This document shows, one piece after another, positions 26,787 through 34,386 of a DNA stretch of 64,000 bases. The stretch comes from a virus. Taxonomy: Duplodnaviria > Caudoviricetes. The position numbers and the translations under genes are program-made. Under the pieces are notes generated by a model. That model did no database searches. It was given only the letters and a program-made list of their open reading frames with translations, and was not told the DNA's origin. Each line of letters opens with the position of its first letter. The stretch's first letter is position 1. The stretch covers positions 1-64,000 of the IMG/VR virus record IMGVR_UViG_3300017700_000931. The stretch is one strand, 5' to 3'.

Positions 26787-26875
26787 TGGAAAGGGTTAGA
26801 TTCGAACTAACGACACAATGGGTTTCACGCCATTTGCTCTACCAAGATACCGAAGTATCACTGAGCTACCTTGCC
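26787..26875 (-). tRNA. tRNA-Phe-like variant with D-loop hairpin and 8-nt anticodon loop
   Basis: GAUAC UUCG GUAUC in D loop; AAUGG CGUGAAAC CCAUU. Confidence 0.65.
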
Positions 26876-26985
26876 AAAATAAGAATACAAAAACATTAAT
26901 TTATTATAGCTTGGTTCAAGCGCATCGCCATAATCACTTTTCCACTCTTGAACTGAACAGTGAGTTGTTTGTTTTTATATTCTCG

Positions 26986-27058
26986 TGGTACGGGCTGGAA
27001 TCGAACCAGCGACACAAGGATTTTCAGTCCTTTGCTCTACCAACTGAGCTACCGCACC
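26986..27058 (-). tRNA. tRNA-Phe(GAA)
   Basis: AAGGA CU-GAA-AA UCCUU. Confidence 0.92.
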
Positions 27059-27145
27059 ATATAGGATTTTTAATCACCTCGAACTATGTATAAATACAAT
27101 CGTAGGGCTTTGTGGTATCCTATGTACCGCATCTTTAATATCATG

Positions 27146-27157
27146 ATGTCAAAAAAC
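27146..27157 (-). promoter_or_regulatory. boxA-like site
   Basis: GUUUUUUGACAU just after promoter. Confidence 0.55.
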
Positions 27158-27172
27158 GTTTGTTATTAATTG

Positions 27173-27202
27173 CAAAATTACTAAAATTTTTGCAATTGGC
27201 AA
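27173..27202 (-). promoter_or_regulatory. Bacteroidota-type promoter of ncRNA operon
   Basis: TTGC ... TAATTTTG. Confidence 0.7.
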
Positions 27203-27215
27203 GTATTTTATAAAA

Positions 27216-27704
27216 TTATTTTGAACCAATTAATAAATACTTACTTTTATTTTTTGTGATTGTATCACCAACCACTTTATGACCCAACCTACTTTCTAAA
27301 ACAGACTCTAAGTCATCTAATTTGTGACGGTCAAAACAAGCATCCGAATAATTTACATAGTCATCTTCTTCAGCTACATCAACTTCAACTATTTGAGTGA
27401 CATAATTCCACTTGTCATTTGATTCTACAACCAAAAATATATCACAAGCTAAGTGTTCACTTTTAAATGCAAAATATTGTTCATGAAGACCTTTCCCCCA
27501 AGGAATAAAACCATCTTCTTTATCTACTTCAGATAAATCTGGAACAATAACTAAATAATCACACTCAAGAAGCTGGTCGTGTGTATAACGACCACCTTTA
27601 AATTCAACTACCTCAACATTGTAATTCGATAAAATCTTTCTAATTCTAGATACATCATCAGGATTAGAGCGATTGGACTTGGCTAGATAAACCTTACCCT
27701 TCAT
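27216..27704 (-). CDS. hypothetical protein (NDT/TIR-like fold possible)
   Basis: VYLA...CDYLVIVP pattern. Confidence 0.65.
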   Translation of the reverse strand: MKGKVYLAKSNRSNPDDVSRIRKILSNYNVEVVEFKGGRYTHDQLLECDYLVIVPDLSEVDKEDGFIPWGKGLHEQYFAFKSEHLACDIFLVVESNDKWNYVTQIVEVDVAEEDDYVNYSDACFDRHKLDDLESVLESRLGHKVVGDTITKNKSKYLLIGSK

Positions 27705-28038
27705 TAGTTTTAGGAGTTTCTTCTGTAAACCATTCAGTCAAAATTGATTCAGCTTCTGTAAGCTCAATCTCTTTTAATTTCAGGTCCATCTTAGTTTGGT
27801 GTAATTCCTGTACCCATTTTGTTGCATTGAAATCTTTACCACCGGGTCTCAAACTGTAAGTGTTGTCTGGTGCTAAATCAGTCAGTTTTACAATTTTGTT
27901 TTTCAATAACATTTTCTCCTTCTTAAGGGTACTAACAAATTGATTTACTTCAATAATTGTTTCTTCAGCAATCATTTCAGCTCTAGATGATTTAATATCT
28001 TGATTACTTGCTGAAAGCATTGTTACAAATTTACTCAT
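27694..28038 (-). CDS. hypothetical coiled-coil protein
   Basis: 114-aa ORF. Confidence 0.75.
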   Translation of the reverse strand: MSKFVTMLSASNQDIKSSRAEMIAEETIIEVNQFVSTLKKEKMLLKNKIVKLTDLAPDNTYSLRPGGKDFNATKWVQELHQTKMDLKLKEIELTEAESILTEWFTEETPKTNEG

Positions 28039-28131
28039 AATTAACTTTTTAATTTATATTGTTTAAATTCACTTTTGAAGTACGAAATTACTGGTAGTAA
28101 ATTTATCTCACAAGGTTTTTTGTAATTATTT

Positions 28132-28545
28132 TCAATTATTTTTTCTACTCCACAATCTTTCATGTAAAAAAAACAATATTGGTTTAATCATTAATTCACC
28201 TACACCCAATAATGAAGACATTTCTATTGATACACCCAAACAATATGCAGTAAGAATTGTTGTTACAGTACCTAGAATTCTATAAGATATTGTCTTTAGA
28301 ATTTGATGTTTTAAAATTGATGTACCTGTTGTAATATAGGCAATAGAGTTTCTTATTTCGCAATGGCCATCACAAGTAATATGCCATTTAAAATCACTTA
28401 TATCATCAATCCAATCCTTACTAGTATAAGTACGGCCATTAATTATAATATTTGAAACCAACACTTCAATTCCATTTTCAATTAATCGCCATCTATCATT
28501 ATCATTGGTTGAATTGGTATTATACCTTATCTGATATTTTTTCAT
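28132..28545 (-). CDS. protein with C-terminal DUF2061-like domain
   Basis: KTISYRILGT...FFLHERLW. Confidence 0.75.
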   Translation of the reverse strand: MKKYQIRYNTNSTNDNDRWRLIENGIEVLVSNIIINGRTYTSKDWIDDISDFKWHITCDGHCEIRNSIAYITTGTSILKHQILKTISYRILGTVTTILTAYCLGVSIEMSSLLGVGELMIKPILFFLHERLWSRKNN

Positions 28546-29615
28546 TTAGCCAAATAATTCACAATGTCATCTTGGATTGATATGTCAACCATTTTTCTCC
28601 AAGCGTTATCACCAGTATTTAATGATTCTCTAATTTTTGTAGCCGAAACAGCACCAATGTTATCCGGTGGTATAAATTCATTAACTTCATATCCAACACC
28701 ACGACCATAGTTTACTGATTCAATATCGGGGATGGCCATAACAATAACATCATCATTACGATGATATTTTTCAATCATATTAATTGTCTGTTCAGTAGTA
28801 AATGGATTTTTTTCATCTGGTTGGATATCTCTGACCATAATCAGAGCAGGTATACCTGCATTGAGTTTTTGTTTGACCAAGGATGTGTGACCTTCATGAT
28901 ATGGTTGAAACCTGCCAATGAAAATCGCACTTTTTTTATCTTCATTTTCAGTTCTATTCCCACCATGGTTAATCTTAGACCATGAATTTAACTTAGTTTC
29001 ATTTTCTAAGTCCATGGGGATGATTCCATTATCTTGAAGGTAAATAATTATCTTAGCGACACAAAATAATACTGGTGTTTTACCAGCATCAATAATTAAT
29101 TTTGGATTCAAAGGAACTTCATATGGTGAACTGATACCTGTGAAATCTTTAATCTCACCATTCCTAGCTTTTTTATATAAACCCTTAGTATCTCTTTGTT
29201 CACAAATAGAAATATCGGTATTAATATAAACCTCTATGAAATTTTCTTCACCAACAATTCCTTTTATTAATTCCCTATCATCAATAAATGGTGAAATAAA
29301 TGCTGCAATAGTTAATGTTCCAGAATCTGACATCAACTTAGAAACTTCTGCTATGCGTCTAACATTTTCCTTTCTGTCATCTTTAGAGAAGCCTAAATCT
29401 TTATTTAATCCTAATCTAATGTTATCACCATCTAAAATATGTGTTTTGATACCCATATCAAATAATGATTCTTCTAAGGCATTAGCTATTGTTGATTTAC
29501 CAGAACTAGGTAATCCGGTTAACCAAATTACTGGTGACCCGTGATTAAATTTGAGATTCTTATCTTCTTTGCTTATAGTTTGAGAATGATGCGTTAAATT
29601 TCTATCGTTTTTCAT
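28542..29615 (-). CDS. cysC: adenylyl-sulfate kinase fused to cytidylyltransferase-like domain
   Basis: WLTGLPSSGKST, LDGDNIR, FTGISSPYE; C-terminal FIGRFQPYHEGH. Confidence 0.9.
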   Translation of the reverse strand: MKNDRNLTHHSQTISKEDKNLKFNHGSPVIWLTGLPSSGKSTIANALEESLFDMGIKTHILDGDNIRLGLNKDLGFSKDDRKENVRRIAEVSKLMSDSGTLTIAAFISPFIDDRELIKGIVGEENFIEVYINTDISICEQRDTKGLYKKARNGEIKDFTGISSPYEVPLNPKLIIDAGKTPVLFCVAKIIIYLQDNGIIPMDLENETKLNSWSKINHGGNRTENEDKKSAIFIGRFQPYHEGHTSLVKQKLNAGIPALIMVRDIQPDEKNPFTTEQTINMIEKYHRNDDVIVMAIPDIESVNYGRGVGYEVNEFIPPDNIGAVSATKIRESLNTGDNAWRKMVDISIQDDIVNYLAK

Positions 29616-29666
29616 ATTATACCAATTTACTAAGTATAATATAAATTAGAAAACTTGTAAATAGCT

Positions 29667-30131
29667 TTAACTTGAGTGTCGTTGGGATTTCTTCTTTTGA
29701 ATCAATTTATTCCATTCAACCATAAGTGGTTCTGGAATTTCAATATTTCTGAGATGAAATTCTTGAAGAATTTCATCTCTTGTGAATGAACATTCAACAA
29801 TTCCTTGACTCCATTGTTCAACCCACAAACCCCAACCCTTTTTTCCTACAATTACGGCTTTTAAAATATTTGAATGTTTGGTTACTGGAGTTTTTAATTT
29901 AAATCGACCATTATCATATTCTCTGAATCCAAATTTACCATCAGAACCATTAACATCAAAATTTACATCAACACCAACACCACAAAACGTTATTAATCCA
30001 GTGCGATAAACTTTCAAATAAAAATCAAACATTTTATTAAATTTATCTGAATATTTTTTCAAATGTCTATCATTTCTAGAACCGGATTTAGTTTTAGCTA
30101 ATTGAATTCGTTCTAATTTGTCTGGATTCAT
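29667..30131 (-). CDS. hypothetical protein
   Basis: 154-aa ORF. Confidence 0.7.
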   Translation of the reverse strand: MNPDKLERIQLAKTKSGSRNDRHLKKYSDKFNKMFDFYLKVYRTGLITFCGVGVDVNFDVNGSDGKFGFREYDNGRFKLKTPVTKHSNILKAVIVGKKGWGLWVEQWSQGIVECSFTRDEILQEFHLRNIEIPEPLMVEWNKLIQKKKSQRHSS

Positions 30132-30295
30132 AAATTACTTAATTCAGTATTTAAGTCTTGAATTTTTCTTTGATATTCACCAACATTTATTTCCTTCGTA
30201 TCTGAAGTTTTCTTTGTTAACGACAATCTTAATTCATTTTGAAGAAAATCAATTCTTTCTTGTAACTTCTTCTTCTTTTTTTCAATCTTTCCCAT
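30128..30295 (-). CDS. hypothetical protein
   Basis: start MGKIE outside the tRNA. Confidence 0.6.
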   Translation of the reverse strand: MGKIEKKKKKLQERIDFLQNELRLSLTKKTSDTKEINVGEYQRKIQDLNTELSNL

Positions 30296-30312
30296 AACAT
30301 ATTGATAATTTG

Positions 30313-30385
30313 TGGAACCACTCGGAGTCGAACCGAGTACTGCTGGGTGCAAGCCAACTATTATAGCCTGTTTAACTATAGCCCC
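30313..30385 (-). tRNA. tRNA-Ala(UGC)
   Basis: GUUGG CU-UGC-AC CCAGC; G3-U70. Confidence 0.9.
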
Positions 30386-30442
30386 TTAATATCTATGAAC
30401 CCTACATTGACTAGATGCAGGTTTGGTTGTCAACCGTTCATT

Positions 30443-30519
30443 TGGTGGAGCAGAAGGGAATCGAACCCTCCACTCTCTCCTTGCAAGGGAGAAACGCCAG
30501 CCTTGGTACATGCTGCCCC
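30443..30519 (-). tRNA. tRNA-Ala(UGC), encoded CCA
   Basis: UCUCC CU-UGC-AA GGAGA; G3-U70. Confidence 0.9.
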
Positions 30520-30583
30520 ATTTCACTTTTTCTTTCTCAGCTAATAGCTTCTAGGAAATATAAAAGTGTAAAACCCTACATCG

Positions 30584-30653
30584 TTGAGCCAACGAGAATC
30601 AAACTCGTGTCCCCACCCGTCTAGGTGGTGTTCTCTCACTAAACTATAGCCCA
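30584..30653 (-). pseudogene. tRNA-Ala-like body, 6-nt loop
   Basis: G3-U70; CCACC UAGACG GGUGG. Confidence 0.6.
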
Positions 30654-30724
30654 AAATTTATCCAATTTTCTTTCATTTTCAGTGTGCGGGATTGGATGCC
30701 CATCTCTGCTAACTTTTAATTTCA

Positions 30725-30817
30725 GTAGTACGATGTTTGCTTTCATTCTCAACTTCAGCATAGTGAGAACTACAGTTCACCGTTGTGTCGTTGTGCTGAA
30801 ACTACGACATCTACTAC
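30725..30817 (-). ncRNA. structured RNA with complementary loops
   Basis: GUAGUA/UACUAC; loops UUCAGCA and UGCUGAA. Confidence 0.5.
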
Positions 30818-30819
30818 CT

Positions 30820-30895
30820 TGGCGGTCCCTACGGGAGTTGAACCCGCTCCATACTGCGTGACAGGCAGATATCTTAACCATTTGACCTAGAGACC
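30820..30895 (-). tRNA. tRNA-Asp(GUC), encoded CCA
   Basis: loop CU-GUC-AC; G73. Confidence 0.9.
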
Positions 30896-30939
30896 ATTAT
30901 TAGTCCCCCAGCGGTTACTGGGATTTTTAAAACTAAAAG

Positions 30940-31010
30940 CGGTCTATGAGAGAATCGAACTCTCGGCACCACCGTGACAGGGTGGGATGTTACCACTACA
31001 CCAATAGACC
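30940..31010 (-). tRNA. tRNA-Asp(GUC)
   Basis: CCACC CU-GUC-AC GGUGG; G73. Confidence 0.92.
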
Positions 31011-31017
31011 AAATTTT

Positions 31018-31087
31018 GAAATGCACTGGGAATCGAACCCAGACCCCCGGCTCAACGCCGGAGTTCTAACCATTAAACTATACATTT
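31018..31087 (-). pseudogene. tRNA body with 5-nt anticodon loop
   Basis: CCGGC GUUGA GCCGG; normal D and T arms. Confidence 0.65.
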
Positions 31088-31183
31088 TAACTACTTACCC
31101 ATGACTGCTATCATAGTATCAGTAGAATGGCTTTTAACTTACGTTCAGTTAGCAGACCTACTTGCTTATTATCACCATTTTTG

Positions 31184-31267
31184 CGGTCTAGGAGGGATTC
31201 GAACCCACGTACATCCTTTCGGATTCCAGATTGAAAGTCTGGTGGCCTAGACCGCTAGCCGACGGCA
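31184..31267 (-). tRNA. tRNA-Glu(UUC) variant with rearranged acceptor and long variable arm
   Basis: CCAGA CU-UUC-AA UCUGG; 3' CCUAGACCGC pairs with GCGGUCUAGG in D region. Confidence 0.65.
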
Positions 31268-31278
31268 ACATTTAAAAG

Positions 31279-31350
31279 TACTCGGTAAGGGAATCGAACC
31301 CTTATTTAATGGCTGAAAACCATTCGTCCTAACCATTAGACGAACCGAGC
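31279..31350 (-). tRNA. tRNA-Glu(UUC)
   Basis: AAUGG UU-UUC-AG CCAUU. Confidence 0.88.
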
Positions 31351-31361
31351 ATCATATCAAT

Positions 31362-31373
31362 ATGTCAATGAAC
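31362..31373 (-). promoter_or_regulatory. boxA-like site
   Basis: GUUCAUUGACAU. Confidence 0.55.
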
Positions 31374-31387
31374 AATTTATTCTTTTG

Positions 31388-31459
31388 TGTGACCTCCCAG
31401 ATTCGAACTGGGCTTTCTTGGGCTTCAACCAAACGAAGGACCCCTGCTTCCAAGGTCAC
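31388..31459 (-). tRNA. tRNA-Phe(GAA)
   Basis: UUUGG UU-GAA-GC CCAAG. Confidence 0.8.
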
Positions 31460-31467
31460 ATATTTTG

Positions 31468-31540
31468 TGAGGGCAATCAGTAGCGACCTGATATCTCTGG
31501 TTTTTCAGACCAGCGCATAGACCATCTTTGCTATACCCCC
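31468..31540 (-). tRNA. tRNA-Phe(GAA), atypical T loop
   Basis: CUGGU CU-GAA-AA ACCAG; T loop GUCGCUA. Confidence 0.8.
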
Positions 31541-31554
31541 GAAATGTCATAAAC

Positions 31555-31587
31555 AAAAAAAGCTCGACCAAATTTGGTCGAGCTTTT
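31555..31587 (-). terminator. attenuator terminator, operon 2
   Basis: AGCUCGACCA/UGGUCGAGCU plus U tract. Confidence 0.9.
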
Positions 31588-31615
31588 ATCAGTGTTTTGT
31601 TTAAATACTTAAACG

Positions 31616-31705
31616 TTAACTTATGACAATACTTGACCACCCTAGGCGACAATCCGCCTCGGCTGCTTCAAAAGCAAAATCAAATATGTTGTTAACTGTT
31701 TTCAT
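31616..31705 (-). CDS. attenuator leader peptide 2 (F/D/A/E sensor)
   Basis: MKTVNNIFDFAFEAAEADCRLGWSSIVIS. Confidence 0.85.
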   Translation of the reverse strand: MKTVNNIFDFAFEAAEADCRLGWSSIVIS

Positions 31706-31750
31706 TGTATTATAAATATATTGTTTTTTATCAAAATCTTAATTACACTG

Positions 31751-31780
31751 CAAATATACGAAAGAATTTTTAATTAGCAA
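31751..31780 (-). promoter_or_regulatory. Bacteroidota-type promoter, operon 2
   Basis: TTGC ... TATATTTG. Confidence 0.8.
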
Positions 31781-31811
31781 GCTTTTTTCGAAATATTTTT
31801 TATTTTTTTTC

Positions 31812-32042
31812 TTAAGCGGTGTATTCTTTCATCAAAGTGTTGAATTCAGTATACAAATCTCTTGAGATATTTTTTCTCTTATAGTTGTTTTTGATTCTTG
31901 CTTTAACGTCAGAAACGTAATTTCTTCCGAAATCAAAAGTTCTTGATGCTTCTGATAATGAAATACCTCTGCTAATTGCTCTCTTTAAGATTCTAATACC
32001 ATTCTTAACGCTGGTTTCTGTTTTTGTACTTGTGTTTCTCAT
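31812..32042 (-). CDS. small HTH-like DNA-binding protein
   Basis: ISLSEASRTFDFGRNYVSDVK. Confidence 0.65.
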   Translation of the reverse strand: MRNTSTKTETSVKNGIRILKRAISRGISLSEASRTFDFGRNYVSDVKARIKNNYKRKNISRDLYTEFNTLMKEYTA

Positions 32043-32129
32043 GTTACTTTAGTTTTATTTAGATTATACCGCAAAATTATCAAGTAATTTCCAATACCAC
32101 AAGGGTTTTAACTAAAATAATTAATTTTG

Positions 32130-32218
32130 TAGGGGTGGTGGGACTCGAACCCACAGGTGTATCTTACGTTTGCCGTGAATTTTAAGCCCACCGCCTTTGC
32201 CAATTTGACCACACCCCC
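32130..32218 (-). tRNA. tRNA-Leu(UAA)
   Basis: GUGGG CU-UAA-AA UUCAC; long variable arm. Confidence 0.88.
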
Positions 32219-32227
32219 ATTTAATAG

Positions 32228-32298
32228 TAGCCCCAGATGGAATCGAACCATCGCTTTCTCCACGTCAAGGAGATATACTCCCATTATATTATGGGGCC
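32228..32298 (-). tRNA. tRNA-Val(GAC)
   Basis: UCUCC UU-GAC-GU GGAGA. Confidence 0.88.
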
Positions 32299-32303
32299 AT
32301 TTG

Positions 32304-32389
32304 TAGCGGGAGGTGGATTCGAACCACCGCAAGCCTTCTTAGGGTCTCTAGGTTATGAGCCTAGCGAGTTACCACTTCTCCATCCCGCA
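32304..32389 (-). tRNA. tRNA(CAU), initiator-like, long variable arm
   Basis: 1:72 mismatch; CUAGG CU-CAU-AA CCUAG; 19-nt variable region. Confidence 0.7.
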
Positions 32390-32394
32390 ATTTG

Positions 32395-32478
32395 TACCGA
32401 AGGTGGGATTCGAACCCACACGCCCTTTCGGACACTGGTTTCTAAAACCAGCACGTCTAACCGTTCCATCACTTCGGC
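32395..32478 (-). tRNA. tRNA-Leu(UAG)
   Basis: CUGGU UU-UAG-AA ACCAG. Confidence 0.9.
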
Positions 32479-32484
32479 ATATTG

Positions 32485-32572
32485 TACCCCTACTCAGACT
32501 CGAACTGAGAACGTTTCTTATGTTTTCCACGGCTTCTTAGACCGTAAGCTTTACCAGTTTGCTCATAAGGGC
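32485..32572 (-). tRNA. tRNA-Leu(AAG)
   Basis: ACGGU CU-AAG-AA GCCGU; long variable arm. Confidence 0.85.
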
Positions 32573-32628
32573 ATGTTCGGGCTACTATTCATTCGTCAAT
32601 ACCGCCCGACCGTATTGATTCCAAATTG

Positions 32629-32714
32629 TTGCAAAGGTAGGACTCGAACCTACAATTGGGTTTGCGACCCTCTCCCTCTCCGGGAGATGCGTATACCGAT
32701 TCCGCCACATTGCA
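32629..32714 (-). tRNA. tRNA-Leu(GAG)
   Basis: UCUCC CG-GAG-AG GGAGA (G33). Confidence 0.8.
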
Positions 32715-32741
32715 AGGATACTTGTACTTCGTATCCCTTTG

Positions 32742-32827
32742 TAGCCGAGGCGGGACTCGAACCCGCACGGGCATTTCTGCCCACCGGATTTTAAGTCCGG
32801 CGTGTCTACCAATTCCACCACTCGGCC
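32742..32827 (-). tRNA. tRNA-Leu(UAA)
   Basis: CCGGA CU-UAA-AA UCCGG. Confidence 0.92.
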
Positions 32828-32835
32828 ATCAGTTG

Positions 32836-32916
32836 TAGGGGCGGTGGGATTCGAACCCACATGCTCTAGGCGGTAGCTTTTGAAACTACTGCGTCTGCCA
32901 ATTCCGCCACGCCCCC
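32836..32916 (-). tRNA. tRNA-Leu(CAA)
   Basis: GUAGU UU-CAA-AA GCUAC. Confidence 0.9.
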
Positions 32917-32923
32917 ATTTATG

Positions 32924-32995
32924 TACCCTCGACTGGAATCGAACCAGTGCTTTCTGCATGTAAAACAAACGTGACTACCATTACACCACGAAGGC
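32924..32995 (-). tRNA. tRNA-Val(UAC)
   Basis: UUUGU UU-UAC-AU GCAGA. Confidence 0.85.
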
Positions 32996-32997
32996 AA

Positions 32998-33204
32998 TTA
33001 TATTCTATCAAAGTATTTAATCCAAACATCTAAATCCTCAAGTTCTATTTTAGTCAATTTACCAACACTACCTCTAATCGTATGTGATATTTTCAAATCA
33101 CCATTTTCAATCGTAATGAATGTAAATCCCCTAGTCCACCCTTTTGCATCAGTGACGAAGTTTCTCATTTTAAACATCAACTCCAATTCATTAGTGCGTT
33201 CCAT
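32998..33204 (-). CDS. hypothetical protein
   Basis: start MERTNEL between two tRNA-Val. Confidence 0.6.
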   Translation of the reverse strand: MERTNELELMFKMRNFVTDAKGWTRGFTFITIENGDLKISHTIRGSVGKLTKIELEDLDVWIKYFDRI

Positions 33205-33223
33205 AACCGGATTAATTACTATG

Positions 33224-33295
33224 TTGGAGCAGAGGGATTCGAACCCCCGACCTAGTGCATGTAACACACCAACTCTACCGCTGAGCTATACTCCA
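33224..33295 (-). tRNA. tRNA-Val(UAC)
   Basis: GGUGU GU-UAC-AU GCACU. Confidence 0.85.
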
Positions 33296-33330
33296 ATTTG
33301 ATAGGAATTACAACCTATCGTATTATTTTG

Positions 33331-33416
33331 AGCATGTGATAGGATTCGAACCTATGATGAGGGTTGCCCCATACGGTTTTGCAGACCGTTGCCTTCGACC
33401 ACTCGACCACACATGC
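33331..33416 (-). tRNA. tRNA-Cys(GCA), long variable arm
   Basis: ACGGU CU-GCA-AA ACCGU; U73; 17-nt variable region. Confidence 0.85.
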
Positions 33417-33430
33417 ATTTTATTTTGGTC

Positions 33431-33464
33431 AAAAAAAAAGCTCGAACTTTTTGAGTTCGAGCTT
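33431..33464 (-). terminator. attenuator terminator, operon 3
   Basis: AGCUCGAACU/AGUUCGAGCU plus U tract. Confidence 0.9.
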
Positions 33465-33488
33465 GAATATCTTTGGTATTAATCTTTA

Positions 33489-33581
33489 TTAACTTCCAAT
33501 CACATAGACATAGCTCGAACACTCTAACACCAATAGGCATAAGACTGAGTTAAGGAGCACTATGTTTACAAAATTGTTCAT
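33489..33581 (-). CDS. attenuator leader peptide 3 (V/L/C sensor)
   Basis: MNNFVNIVLLNSVLCLLVLECSSYVYVIGS. Confidence 0.85.
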   Translation of the reverse strand: MNNFVNIVLLNSVLCLLVLECSSYVYVIGS

Positions 33582-33615
33582 TGAAGATTTCTACGTTTTA
33601 TTATTAAATATATCA

Positions 33616-33645
33616 CAAAGATACTAATGTTATTTGAATTAGCAA
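33616..33645 (-). promoter_or_regulatory. Bacteroidota-type promoter, operon 3
   Basis: TTGC ... TATCTTTG. Confidence 0.8.
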
Positions 33646-33704
33646 TGATTTTTATAAATTATTTTTAAAATATTTTTTAATCGATTGATTTTGTGATATT
33701 TAAC

Positions 33705-33929
33705 TCATGATAAATTAACTGATAATTCTCCATTATTAAACCAACTTTCGGTATAAGTGATACTATAGTCGGTTAATGTTTTACCTACAATTCTTTTCAT
33801 TTCATCACTATTACCTGTGATAATGATTACCGATTTGGAGCCACCCATCAGGTGGTATCCAATGAATTTATCTACCTCTCTGGATACATCCGCATGTTTT
33901 ATACCATGTAAATCTAAACTATTTTTCAT
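33705..33929 (-). CDS. Smr-like domain protein
   Basis: LDLHG...VDKFI...IIITG. Confidence 0.7.
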   Translation of the reverse strand: MKNSLDLHGIKHADVSREVDKFIGYHLMGGSKSVIIITGNSDEMKRIVGKTLTDYSITYTESWFNNGELSVNLS

Positions 33930-34386
33930 TATTAATTTTTTTCAATATGTTAAGTACATTTATTACTGTTGCTTCATTATTGGTTTTGGAACCTAGCCAT
34001 AATAAATATCTTTTCATCTCATCTAATTCTAATAATGTAAGTTTACTAAGCCACTTACCTTTAAATTTACCAGTTATAAATGTGTAATCATCAGATACTT
34101 TCCTAATGACACCACATCTAGGATTTTTATTTGTATTTCTTATTGAGACCGGATGGATTAATTTACTACCTTCCAATTTTTTACACTCAATAACATACCT
34201 GTTACCCTTTCTTAGGGTTATTGTATCAAAAATTTTAGCACGGTTGGAGTGATATTCACCTGACATGTCTTCTCCGGCATCATTTCTCACACCGGACCAC
34301 ATCATTTGTAAATCACCAACAAAGTTATCTGATTTTTTTGGTTCTAAGTCTTTTAAACCATTAAATGTTGCATACAATCTAATCAT
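33919..34386 (-). CDS. hypothetical protein
   Basis: 155-aa ORF. Confidence 0.7.
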   Translation of the reverse strand: MIRLYATFNGLKDLEPKKSDNFVGDLQMMWSGVRNDAGEDMSGEYHSNRAKIFDTITLRKGNRYVIECKKLEGSKLIHPVSIRNTNKNPRCGVIRKVSDDYTFITGKFKGKWLSKLTLLELDEMKRYLLWLGSKTNNEATVINVLNILKKINNEK

